Virus record (IMG/VR): IMGVR_UViG_3300045988_149625 | Direction: 5' to 3' (one strand) | DNA: 64,000 bases | Origin: a virus | Shown here: piece by piece, positions 26,354-35,399 of the stretch | How the letters are laid out: each line of letters begins with the position of its first letter | Numbering within the stretch: position 1 is the stretch's first letter | Translations under genes and position numbers: made by a program | Notes under the pieces: model-generated | Told to the model about the DNA's origin: nothing | Databases searched by the model: none | Seen by the model: only the letters and a program-made list of their open reading frames with translations

Positions 26354-27982
26354 TTGGAGGATAAAATGAGCTGTATAGGTGAGCGACTTTCTACGACTAA
26401 ATTAGTCAGAAAAATAACAATTTTCGCAGAAACATTATGCGGTAAAAGATTTTATGCTTATCAAGTAGAATTTGCACAACGCATCTTTAGGGCTATTTTA
26501 GAGAACGACCAAGATACTATTACAGGTCTTATGGCGCGTCAGTGTGGTAAGAGTTATACAGTATCTTTAACAACGGCAGCAGTAATGATAATACTTCCCA
26601 TATTGGCAAATATGCCAATGTTCTTAGACGACCCTCGGTTGAGGTTGTTTAGGGACGGTATGAAGGTAGGTATTTTCGCCCCATGTAAAGACCAGTCACA
26701 GATTATCTTTGATAATGTTAAGGATTTCTTTTCAAGTGCAAGAGCACGTGAGATACTAGAAAGCCCAGAATTTAATATTAGTTTTGGTACTTTTAATGGA
26801 AATAAGATTACCTTGATATTTAATAATTTAGATATAAAATCTTCAATCGTTTGTAAGTCTGCTAGTGATGGAGCAAATGTCGAAGGTGGTACATATCATT
26901 TATGTATTTGTGATGAATCCCAAGATATAAGTAATTATAAGTATAGGAAATCAATCTTTCCTACCACTTCCCATTTTAACGGAACAAAGATTTTAATTGG
27001 TACGCCGACTATAAAGAAGAATTTCTTTTACGATGCTATTCAATTAAACAAGGCAAAATGGAAAGAAAGAAAAATTGCGTTCAGAAATCATTTAGAGTAT
27101 GATAGTGATACTATTATAAAGTACAATCCTTATTATGCTAAAACTGTCCAAGCAGCTATTGAATTGATGGGTGAGGGCAGTGAGGAATTTTTAATGAACT
27201 ATAAACTAAAATGGCTATTTAATTATGGTATGTTTATTAATAGTGAGAAATTCTTAGCAGAACCTATTGCAATGAGTAAGGTAGGTAGGCAACATTCTTG
27301 CGACCAACCCTGCTATGTAGGAATAGATGTTGGTAAGGCAAATGATAGCACTGTTGTTACTGTGGGTATAGCAGATAAGAGTCACCCAATAATTATAGAG
27401 AAGTCTAAAGAAGTTGGGGCAGAGGATTATGTTATATATGATGTAAAGATAATAGATTGGCTTGAAATTGTTGGCGATAACTATGAACAGCAATTTTATG
27501 AGATAATGGATTATCTAAAGAATTTTAATGTAAAAGTGTGTATCATAGATGGCACTGGTGTTGGAAGTCCTGTTGCAGATAGGTTAGCAGCCAACGTAAG
27601 TTTCCCTGTAATACCTTTTGTTTTCACACCTCCAAGTAAATCTATGTTAATGAAATACTTTAATGCCTACATTAATGCAAAATGTTTTCACTATCCTTCT
27701 AATGAGGAAACACAAAGCACGATTGAATATAGGAAATTCCAAGAGCAGTGTGTAGAACTTACAAAGGATTATAGAGGAAATAATTTAGTGGTTGCTGCCC
27801 CGAAGGAGCGGAATAAACATGATGATTACCCATTTAGTGCAGCTTTAATGGTATGGAGCATGAAACACCAAGTAGGCGATGTGGAAGAAATTTCTACGAA
27901 TAAGTTTATAGAATCATCTTCTAATACTCTTATGAGTGCAAGAAGAGGAAGGACAAGGCGTTATATGCGCAGTAGGTGGTGA
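26354..27982 (+). CDS. terL: terminase large subunit
   Basis: 542 aa; Walker A-like ARQCGKSYT, Walker B HLCICDESQD, nuclease block VGIDVGKANDSTVVTV. Confidence 0.8.
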   Translation: MEDKMSCIGERLSTTKLVRKITIFAETLCGKRFYAYQVEFAQRIFRAILENDQDTITGLMARQCGKSYTVSLTTAAVMIILPILANMPMFLDDPRLRLFRDGMKVGIFAPCKDQSQIIFDNVKDFFSSARAREILESPEFNISFGTFNGNKITLIFNNLDIKSSIVCKSASDGANVEGGTYHLCICDESQDISNYKYRKSIFPTTSHFNGTKILIGTPTIKKNFFYDAIQLNKAKWKERKIAFRNHLEYDSDTIIKYNPYYAKTVQAAIELMGEGSEEFLMNYKLKWLFNYGMFINSEKFLAEPIAMSKVGRQHSCDQPCYVGIDVGKANDSTVVTVGIADKSHPIIIEKSKEVGAEDYVIYDVKIIDWLEIVGDNYEQQFYEIMDYLKNFNVKVCIIDGTGVGSPVADRLAANVSFPVIPFVFTPPSKSMLMKYFNAYINAKCFHYPSNEETQSTIEYRKFQEQCVELTKDYRGNNLVVAAPKERNKHDDYPFSAALMVWSMKHQVGDVEEISTNKFIESSSNTLMSARRGRTRRYMRSRW

Positions 27983-29571
27983 GTAATATTAGTAGTTTAG
28001 GAAAATTGGTCATGCAGAAGTTATTTGCGCCTTTTGCAGTAGCAGATAGGATGAGCCTTTATATGAATGAGGAAGATAAGCAACGACTTAGGGACTATTC
28101 AGACTATTGGAACTTTTATAATGGATACCACTGGGAAGGCATAGTATCAGATGATAGACCAGAAGTAACAACAAACTGGTGCGGACGCTTTGTAGATAAA
28201 TATGTTGCAACAGAATTTAATAGTGGCTTTCTTTTCAAGTTTGATAAGAAGGTAGAAGAAATTGTGTTACCATTCTTGAATAATGTTTGGGACGATAACA
28301 ATGGTTCTGATTTAATGTCTAAGGTTGGGCAGATAAAATCTGTAACTGGGGATGCTTATGTACATGTAGCTTTTGAGGAAGCCGAAGATATGAATGACCC
28401 ATTTGGTATGTATCCAAAAGGACGTATACGTCTTTATGCAATTCCTTCAAGCCTTGTATTCCCAAAATATAAGGATGGTTATAATGATGGTTTTGATGCT
28501 TTAGAATCTGTTACAGTTATGTACGCTGTGGATGATACAGGACTTTTAGGCAAGAATAAGCAGAAGATAATGCGCTATGTTTATACAAATTCATCAATAA
28601 CGATTTTTGAAAATAGCAATGAGGTTGCAGTTTATCCGAATAAGTATGGTGTAATTCCCATTGTACCTTTCAGAAACTTAGTACAGTCTGGTTCAATGTT
28701 TGGTCGTTCGGATTTAAAGGATTTAATTTATCTGAATACTGAATATAATCTGAAAACAAGTGATATTTCGCAAATTCTGGATTATAATGCTGCCCCTACA
28801 ACGATTGTACAGGGTGCAAAGCCGCATAATTTGGAGCGTGGTGCTAATAAGATGTGGTGCGTTCCAGAGAAAGCAAAGGTATATAATTTAGGTTTAGATG
28901 GTGATTTAGTAGCTTCTAATAACTACATTGATAGGGTAATGAATACTATTTATAATGTAGGTAGTATGCCAAAACTTGCAATAGGTGGTGAAAATGCACC
29001 AAGCAATTTAAGTGGTGTAGCTTTAGAGATTGCTTTTATGCCTCTAACAGACTTAATAAATCAGAAGCGCGTTCAAAGCGCAAAATCAATAATACAGATA
29101 AATAAAGTTATTATGAAAATAGGTATTACAGAGGGAATGATTAAAGTTCCAAAGAGAGCAGATAACTTTATTTTCTATAACCATAGAGTTTGGTGGGGGG
29201 ACATTCTACCAAGAGATAGGGCAAAAGAATTGGAAATGATACAGTCTGAATTAAAGGCAGGTCTAACAACAAGGGAAGATGCTATGACAAGGCTTTATAA
29301 AGATGATGTTTCTAATTTAATCTCCAACATTAAACAAGATGTTGCAGATAATCCGCAATTCTATGGAATACAGCCAGTAAGTTTGCCTAGTGGTAACAGG
29401 CTTGTTAGCACTTTTGATGGCAAAGTTATTGTAAAAGAAAAAGAGCAGTCACAAACAACGTCGACTGCTAGTCCACAGGTAGACTTAAAAGGCACTGTTG
29501 GAAGAACACGTGAGGGTAAAGATTCTAAGATAAACAATGGACTTGGAAACATTAATCCCCCAAAGGAATAG
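27976..29571 (+). CDS. portal protein (putative)
   Basis: 531 aa immediately after terL, size and position typical. Confidence 0.55.
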   Translation: MVSNISSLGKLVMQKLFAPFAVADRMSLYMNEEDKQRLRDYSDYWNFYNGYHWEGIVSDDRPEVTTNWCGRFVDKYVATEFNSGFLFKFDKKVEEIVLPFLNNVWDDNNGSDLMSKVGQIKSVTGDAYVHVAFEEAEDMNDPFGMYPKGRIRLYAIPSSLVFPKYKDGYNDGFDALESVTVMYAVDDTGLLGKNKQKIMRYVYTNSSITIFENSNEVAVYPNKYGVIPIVPFRNLVQSGSMFGRSDLKDLIYLNTEYNLKTSDISQILDYNAAPTTIVQGAKPHNLERGANKMWCVPEKAKVYNLGLDGDLVASNNYIDRVMNTIYNVGSMPKLAIGGENAPSNLSGVALEIAFMPLTDLINQKRVQSAKSIIQINKVIMKIGITEGMIKVPKRADNFIFYNHRVWWGDILPRDRAKELEMIQSELKAGLTTREDAMTRLYKDDVSNLISNIKQDVADNPQFYGIQPVSLPSGNRLVSTFDGKVIVKEKEQSQTTSTASPQVDLKGTVGRTREGKDSKINNGLGNINPPKE

Positions 29572-29723
29572 GAGGTTTTTTAATGAGTTATACTAAAGTG
29601 AAGGGTTCTAGTGAGAAAGTATCTGCGCCTAAAGTGCAGTCTTTTAAGAAAAACTCACCTGTACCACCAGCAGAGAAGAAACTGAAATATTCTAAATAAT
29701 TAGTTTAAAGGAGATTAGAAAAA

Positions 29724-30368
29724 ATGGCAGAACCAAATACGAATCCAAATGTAGACCCAAGTATTGATATTCAAGCGGAAATCGAGAAAGCGCGTAAACA
29801 AGAGCGCGATAAGTTACATGCTAACCTAGAAGATTTAAAGTCACAGTTAGCTGAAAAGGTTAAGGCTTGCAATGAAAACTTCTTAACTATAAGCAATTTG
29901 CAAAAAGATGTTGCAAAGCGTGATAAAGATTTACAAGAAGTAGAAGCTAGAATTAATAAAGCTAAGGAGGATGGAAGATTGGAAGGTAGCAAAGACATTG
30001 AAGCATTGCAAAAAGAATTAGAAGAGTATAAAGCAAAGCTTGCAAAATCTGAAAAAGATTTTTCTGCATACAAGGCTGCGGAAGAATTGAATAAATATTT
30101 AATAGGTAAAATCAAAGACATTGATGAAGATTTTAGACCTCTTGTAAAGGGAAACACACAAGAAGAAATTGATGCTTCCTATGAACAGGTAAAGGCTTTA
30201 CAAAATACGGTTAAGGAGAAGTATTCTAAACAGACTGCTAAACCGCCGTTGCCCACACCAAAATCTAGCCCTAAAGCACCTGAAAAAACAGAGAGCCTAA
30301 TTGAAAAGCTTAATAATATGTCTTTTGATGAATATAAAGCAATAAGAGCTAAAGGCTTTAAGCAATAA
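29724..30368 (+). CDS. scaffolding protein (putative)
   Basis: 214 aa, K/E-rich coiled-coil, between portal and capsid genes. Confidence 0.55.
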   Translation: MAEPNTNPNVDPSIDIQAEIEKARKQERDKLHANLEDLKSQLAEKVKACNENFLTISNLQKDVAKRDKDLQEVEARINKAKEDGRLEGSKDIEALQKELEEYKAKLAKSEKDFSAYKAAEELNKYLIGKIKDIDEDFRPLVKGNTQEEIDASYEQVKALQNTVKEKYSKQTAKPPLPTPKSSPKAPEKTESLIEKLNNMSFDEYKAIRAKGFKQ

Positions 30369-30384
30369 TAGGAGTGATGAATAA

Positions 30385-31401
30385 ATGGCAACAAGATGGC
30401 CGCTAGGAAATGAAATTAATACTATCATTAAAACTACTGAAACTGAATTAGATAGTGGTACTGCTGTTCAACTGGTTAATTCTTTAATCCCAGTATTAAG
30501 CAAAGAAATTCTGTTTATGGCAGAACCTGTATATACCTTCTATGAGTTTGCAGCACGTAAAACCGAGCTGACTACAAACCCAGGTAACGAAATTAAGATG
30601 TTGACCTACAACAACTTAAAACTTTCTGAACCATTGGAAGAGGGTAAACACATTAAGACACAAACTTTAAGCTCTAGCACAAAGAGTATTAAAGTTGTTG
30701 AACATGGTACTGCTGTAATGATTACCGAAGCAGCAATTCGTTTCTCTTTTGTAGACGAATTAGAAGTAGCTATGCGCCAACTGTCACGTAACTATGTGCA
30801 GACCATTGAAAAAGAACTGTGCAGTGCTGCTGTAAAAGGTGGTACTGGAACATCTAAAATTTTCGGTAGAGCAAAAGGTGCTGCTAAAATTAGTGCTATT
30901 GGCGAAATTGAAGCAGGTAAGAATGATTTTTCAGTAACAACTGTTAAAGATGCAGTAGAAATACTGACTACTAACAATGTTCCGAAAATCAACGGATACT
31001 ATATAGCAATAATCCATCCGCACCAGGCACGTGCTCTAAGAGAAGACCCAGCATGGATTAATGCTAGTAATTATGGTGCACCAGAACAACTGTTCAATGG
31101 TGAATGTGGACGTATTGATGATGTACGTTTTATCACAACAACCATGATGCCTAATGGTGCAGCAGCAGAGAGTGAATTAGGATATGATGCTAACTTAAAA
31201 GCAAAAGGTAAGAATCGAGAAAATGTATATGATGCAATTATTTTCGGTGAAGATTACTACTGCATTGCAGAAAACTTAGCACCAGAAATCAGAACAGATG
31301 CTACCGCAGATTTCGGACGTGAAATGAAAATTGCATGGTATGGAATTTGGGGTACAGATGTACTGAATCCGACTCACGGAGTAGTTATTCAAACTGCTTA
31401 A
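30385..31401 (+). CDS. major capsid protein (putative, HK97-fold)
   Basis: 338 aa directly after scaffold gene. Confidence 0.6.
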   Translation: MATRWPLGNEINTIIKTTETELDSGTAVQLVNSLIPVLSKEILFMAEPVYTFYEFAARKTELTTNPGNEIKMLTYNNLKLSEPLEEGKHIKTQTLSSSTKSIKVVEHGTAVMITEAAIRFSFVDELEVAMRQLSRNYVQTIEKELCSAAVKGGTGTSKIFGRAKGAAKISAIGEIEAGKNDFSVTTVKDAVEILTTNNVPKINGYYIAIIHPHQARALREDPAWINASNYGAPEQLFNGECGRIDDVRFITTTMMPNGAAAESELGYDANLKAKGKNRENVYDAIIFGEDYYCIAENLAPEIRTDATADFGREMKIAWYGIWGTDVLNPTHGVVIQTA

Positions 31402-31407
31402 TGGGAG

Positions 31408-31683
31408 GTGTCACTAATGGCTATTACCGCTAGTGATGCTTTATACACACAGCAAGCCCCTGCCAAGTTAGCAAGTCTGATTGGCAAGGGTGTAACTGCG
31501 GATGATGTATTCTACATGAAGCAAAATCCGCAAGCTGTTGCTAATAAAGTAGGAATAAGTAAAGACATTGTGTTTAACTCAGAGGCAGGAAGTGTTGAAT
31601 TTGCCAATGCAGTAAATGCAGCATTAGCTACACCACCTGTTAGTGGTAATACACAGTCTGGTGAAAAAGAGAGTCAAAAATAA
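31408..31683 (+). CDS. head-associated small protein
   Basis: 91 aa after capsid gene. Confidence 0.4.
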   Translation: MSLMAITASDALYTQQAPAKLASLIGKGVTADDVFYMKQNPQAVANKVGISKDIVFNSEAGSVEFANAVNAALATPPVSGNTQSGEKESQK

Positions 31684-31709
31684 GGGAGATTTTATTCTCC
31701 CTTTTTCTT
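31684..31709 (+). terminator. rho-independent terminator (gggaga-ttttat-tctccc + T5)
   Basis: read directly after capsid operon. Confidence 0.6.
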
Positions 31710-31724
31710 AAATGGAGGTTACAA

Positions 31725-31961
31725 ATGGCAGTAACAAAGAAAACAGAAGTTACACCCGAAGTAAGTGTAAGTGTAACTATCCCAGAAGCTAAAAAAGAAG
31801 TTGAAAAAGCTATCAATAAAAAAGTAAAAATAGTTCCTAATCAAACCTTTAAAATGGTTTATGGGAATAAATGGTACTATTTTTCTGAGGGAATTGAATT
31901 GGAAGTATCCGAGGAATTAAAAGCATATCTGAAAGCGCAAGGAGCGTTGGCAGTAGTTTAA
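31725..31961 (+). CDS. hypothetical structural protein
   Basis: 78 aa. Confidence 0.4.
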   Translation: MAVTKKTEVTPEVSVSVTIPEAKKEVEKAINKKVKIVPNQTFKMVYGNKWYYFSEGIELEVSEELKAYLKAQGALAVV

Positions 31962-31979
31962 ATTTAGGAGGGTGAGCGC

Positions 31980-32732
31980 ATGGAAGATAAACTACAAGAC
32001 CTAATTAAATATTTAGAAGATAGTTTAGTTCTTTCTACGCCTTTAATTGAGAACGACCCCTCGTATCAGCAGATAAAGGATAATATTCCATCCATCATAG
32101 AAATGTCTTTGATGGGTATGGGAAAGTCAGTTGATGATGAACTAACTCCAAAAGAAAAGTATCTAGTTGTGTTAAAAAGCCTTTATGTATTATACATGAG
32201 GCTTGCAACAGCATCTGCCCCAGAATTTGATGTAAGTGCGGAGCAAGTAAGCTTTAAGAAAGGCGATAGGTTCTTCCATTACACTTCCTTAGCTGAAAAA
32301 GCACAAGCGGATATTGAGAAAGCAGAGCAGAGTGATATAGAATGTGCAGATATTACTATAAGCATACGTAATGGAACTATTCGTAACTATAACTTATCTA
32401 AAGGACAGAAAGTAAACTTACAAGTTGGTACAGTAAGTTCAACATCTGCGGAGTTAAGTTGGAATATGTTTAATCTAGGCTATGGAGAGTTTTGTAAATA
32501 TGCTTTAATGTATAGCACTAAGTCTATCTATGATGAATACTCTGTGCCAATCTTACGGCAGGGGAATGATGTAGATGCAATTTCTTTTTGGGACATTAAG
32601 AGGACTAAATATCGTTTAATGAATTTAAGTCCAAATACAACATACTATATAGTAATGGTATTTTATAATAGGGATGGTCATAAATCTATTGAGCAGGTTG
32701 AGTTAATGACTGGGGATGCTGAAAATGGATAG
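31980..32732 (+). CDS. head-tail connector/decoration-like protein with FN3/Ig-like C-terminal domain
   Basis: 250 aa; C-terminal NLQVGTVSSTSAELSWNM...YYIVMVFYNRDG resembles fibronectin type III. Confidence 0.45.
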   Translation: MEDKLQDLIKYLEDSLVLSTPLIENDPSYQQIKDNIPSIIEMSLMGMGKSVDDELTPKEKYLVVLKSLYVLYMRLATASAPEFDVSAEQVSFKKGDRFFHYTSLAEKAQADIEKAEQSDIECADITISIRNGTIRNYNLSKGQKVNLQVGTVSSTSAELSWNMFNLGYGEFCKYALMYSTKSIYDEYSVPILRQGNDVDAISFWDIKRTKYRLMNLSPNTTYYIVMVFYNRDGHKSIEQVELMTGDAENG

Positions 32733-33204
32733 TATTAGTAGGTATTTAAGTAATTCAATCGACCAAGTTTATGGTATTATAGGGAATAGGGAAATGAAAT
32801 TTTATTATGTCCCTGTTCTTGAAAGAAAATACCTTGAAAGTAAGGACTTTATAGATTATGATTTTGAAAATAAAATACGCATAAATGCAACTTTAAATTC
32901 TGATTTAGCCAGCGATATAGATTTAGAGCGGGCTAAGGATTATTTAACAGTTACACAGGAGTCAGCAACAATACAGTTTGCTTTAACAAGTATTAGACCA
33001 CATATTCCTAATAAATTAGACCGCATTTATATAGAGTATCCAAATGGAAAGACAGCCAATTATTTAATTGTGGGCATAGATGATGGCGTTTTACTACAAG
33101 GTATTTATGTAAGTGTGCGTGTTTTTAAGATGGATGGTGTAATTACAAATTTTCAGTGGGCTAATAATGGGGTAATGCCAAATGGTTATGAGTTACAACT
33201 CTAA
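32716..33204 (+). CDS. head-tail joining protein (putative)
   Basis: 162 aa, position. Confidence 0.4.
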   Translation: MLKMDSISRYLSNSIDQVYGIIGNREMKFYYVPVLERKYLESKDFIDYDFENKIRINATLNSDLASDIDLERAKDYLTVTQESATIQFALTSIRPHIPNKLDRIYIEYPNGKTANYLIVGIDDGVLLQGIYVSVRVFKMDGVITNFQWANNGVMPNGYELQL

Positions 33205-33697
33205 TGTATTTCAGCGGATTAGTAGCGAACTTATAGATAAATCTCTCCGAATGGAGGGGGCTTTAAGGGAAGCTGCTAAGCTGTGTGCAGAGGATTTATT
33301 GAGGGAGTCAGAAGTGCAAGTACCTGTTGATACAGGCGCATTGATTTTAAGTGGTGAGGTCGTAGATAATGGTAATTCCTTTGATGTTGTCTATTCTGCA
33401 ACACAGAGAGATAGGCATTTATTAGACCCCTCAAAGCCTTTGGGGAGTAACCCAGATTATAATTATGCGCTTATTCAGCATGAAGCCACATGGTTTAAAC
33501 ACCCAAATGGGGGTAAAGACCATTACTTAAGTGACCCATATAATGCAAATAAGCAGACATATATGGAGATTATGAAAGCGTCTGTAAGAGAAGCAATTCT
33601 TGAAGATGTTCCTATAAATGCTGGAAGTAGTAAATCTGTTAGGGGAAAGAAAAGCAGGCGTAAAGCTAAGCAGCGCGCGCGTAAGCATATGAAGTAG
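33182..33697 (+). CDS. head-tail joining protein (putative)
   Basis: 171 aa, position. Confidence 0.4.
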   Translation: MVMSYNSNVFQRISSELIDKSLRMEGALREAAKLCAEDLLRESEVQVPVDTGALILSGEVVDNGNSFDVVYSATQRDRHLLDPSKPLGSNPDYNYALIQHEATWFKHPNGGKDHYLSDPYNANKQTYMEIMKASVREAILEDVPINAGSSKSVRGKKSRRKAKQRARKHMK

Positions 33698-33707
33698 GTG
33701 AGGGAAA

Positions 33708-34094
33708 ATGTTCGCGGAAAGTATGGCAGGTTTTTTGGAAACAAATGAATATGGCATAGTGGATAAGAATATTTTTGTAAACCTTTTTCCTCAAAGGACA
33801 GAAATACCTGACGCAATATGTGTAACAGAAATGCAGCCTTTTAGCATTAAAGGGCGCGCTAGAAATAGTGTAAACTTTAATTGCCAGATAAGGGTAAGGA
33901 ATAGGTTTAGTTCTAAAGCGCAAGAAATTGCACTAAATATATATAATCTTTTAAATAAAGATGGTTTTATGATTGACACTAATGGAAAGCGTTTTACAGT
34001 AAGACCAATGAACCCGCCAATGTATCTTACAACGGATACTGGGGGCAGGGCGAATTGGGTACTCAATGTAACAGGGCTTTCATTGAATTATTAG
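33708..34094 (+). CDS. tail completion protein (putative)
   Basis: 128 aa, position. Confidence 0.4.
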   Translation: MFAESMAGFLETNEYGIVDKNIFVNLFPQRTEIPDAICVTEMQPFSIKGRARNSVNFNCQIRVRNRFSSKAQEIALNIYNLLNKDGFMIDTNGKRFTVRPMNPPMYLTTDTGGRANWVLNVTGLSLNY

Positions 34095-34110
34095 AAAGGA
34101 TTGAAAGCAT

Positions 34111-34695
34111 ATGGCAGGAAAGATTCTTGACACAAGAGTAGTTTTAATGGAGCTGAGTGACGTAAAAGTTGCACCTCTATTAACCGACCCAACCGAGGGC
34201 GAAACTACTTACGGTGCATTTGTAGATTTAGCAGGTGTCCTTTCTTTACAGGTTTCACCAGAAATGGTTTCTAAGACACTTTATGGTGACTCAACTGTAA
34301 TGGATAACTATGCACGTACCACAAGTATTAACTTTACTGTTACAAACAGTGTAATAAGTTATAGTGGACTAAAGTGTATCTTAGGTGGTAATGTAAGTAC
34401 CGAGGGTACAGATGGGACTGAAAAAGTTACTTATAGCATAACAGCAGCAAATGCTACCCCAGGTTACTTTAAGCTAGAGGGTAAATGGGATTATGCAAGT
34501 ACAGATGACACTGTAAAAGATGCCCATGTAGTGCTTTATAAATGTAGATTAAGTGAAGCCCCAGATTTCACCATTAACGATTCTAGTGGCGATTTTGGCG
34601 ACTGTTCTTTCAGCGGTGTAGCAATGCCTACAAACAGTGATGGAAAGTGGATGGATATGACACTTAACGCTACTGCAGCAGCTATTGGTGGTTGA
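34111..34695 (+). CDS. major tail protein (putative)
   Basis: 194 aa directly upstream of chaperone pair and tape measure; followed by terminator. Confidence 0.5.
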   Translation: MAGKILDTRVVLMELSDVKVAPLLTDPTEGETTYGAFVDLAGVLSLQVSPEMVSKTLYGDSTVMDNYARTTSINFTVTNSVISYSGLKCILGGNVSTEGTDGTEKVTYSITAANATPGYFKLEGKWDYASTDDTVKDAHVVLYKCRLSEAPDFTINDSSGDFGDCSFSGVAMPTNSDGKWMDMTLNATAAAIGG

Positions 34696-34706
34696 TAATG
34701 AATTTT

Positions 34707-34739
34707 AAGGGTGTTTTATACACCCTTATTTTATTTTTT
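34707..34739 (+). terminator. rho-independent terminator (aagggtg-ttttata-caccctt + T-rich)
   Basis: read directly. Confidence 0.6.
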
Positions 34740-34746
34740 AAGGGTA

Positions 34747-34775
34747 TTGACAAAATCTTAATTATATGATATAAT
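34747..34775 (+). promoter_or_regulatory. sigma70-type promoter (TTGACA-17-TATAAT)
   Basis: ggtattgacaaaatcttaattatatgatataat. Confidence 0.6.
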
Positions 34776-34813
34776 ATAGTTAAGATATTAATACATAAAG
34801 GAGAGTAATAAAT

Positions 34814-35149
34814 ATGTCAAAATTAAGCTTATTAAAACCACAAGGAACGGTTCTTCAAATTGGAGAAAAAGATTATGAATTAGTTTATGATTTCAACGCA
34901 TTTGCAATGTTAGAGGATAAATTCGGAAGTGTGCAAAAAGCCTTTGATGCACTCACTGGAACACCTAGATTTGCTGACGTTTTAGCTATTTTACAGGCAG
35001 GGTTTGCGTCAAGTAAGGATAAAATGACGGATAAAGAATTAGGAAGTTATTTAACACCTAAAAATATTCCAGATGTAATTAGTTTGGTTAATGAAGCTTT
35101 AACTAAGGTAATGCCAGAAGTTAAAGAAACTAAGAGTTCAAAAAACTAA
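34814..35149 (+). CDS. tail assembly chaperone (G-like)
   Basis: 111 aa between major tail and tape measure genes. Confidence 0.55.
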   Translation: MSKLSLLKPQGTVLQIGEKDYELVYDFNAFAMLEDKFGSVQKAFDALTGTPRFADVLAILQAGFASSKDKMTDKELGSYLTPKNIPDVISLVNEALTKVMPEVKETKSSKN

Positions 35150-35388
35150 AGAAAGCCCTTTCCCATGAAGAAGATGATTCGTGGGATTGGGTAGCTTTTT
35201 ACTATTTTGCAAAGAGAGTTTTAAAAATGTCAGATACAGAATTTTGGGAAAGCTCTCCTGCAAAAATATTTGCTTTATTGGACTATCATGTAAAGGTGGA
35301 GAACCCAGATAAGGCAAAGAATGATGTCAAGAATATGCCGAAAATGACACCAGATTTATTTAAACAGTGGGGCGGTGGTATAAAATAG
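34814..35388 (+). CDS. tail assembly chaperone G-T fusion via -1 programmed frameshift at A AAA AAC (35140-35146)
   Basis: slippery heptamer AAAAAAC 3 nt before stop; the -1 frame is open from 35134 to 35388 (adds ~80 aa ...MSDTEFWESSPAKIFALLDYH...). Confidence 0.5.
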
Positions 35389-35399
35389 CCCCAAATTGA

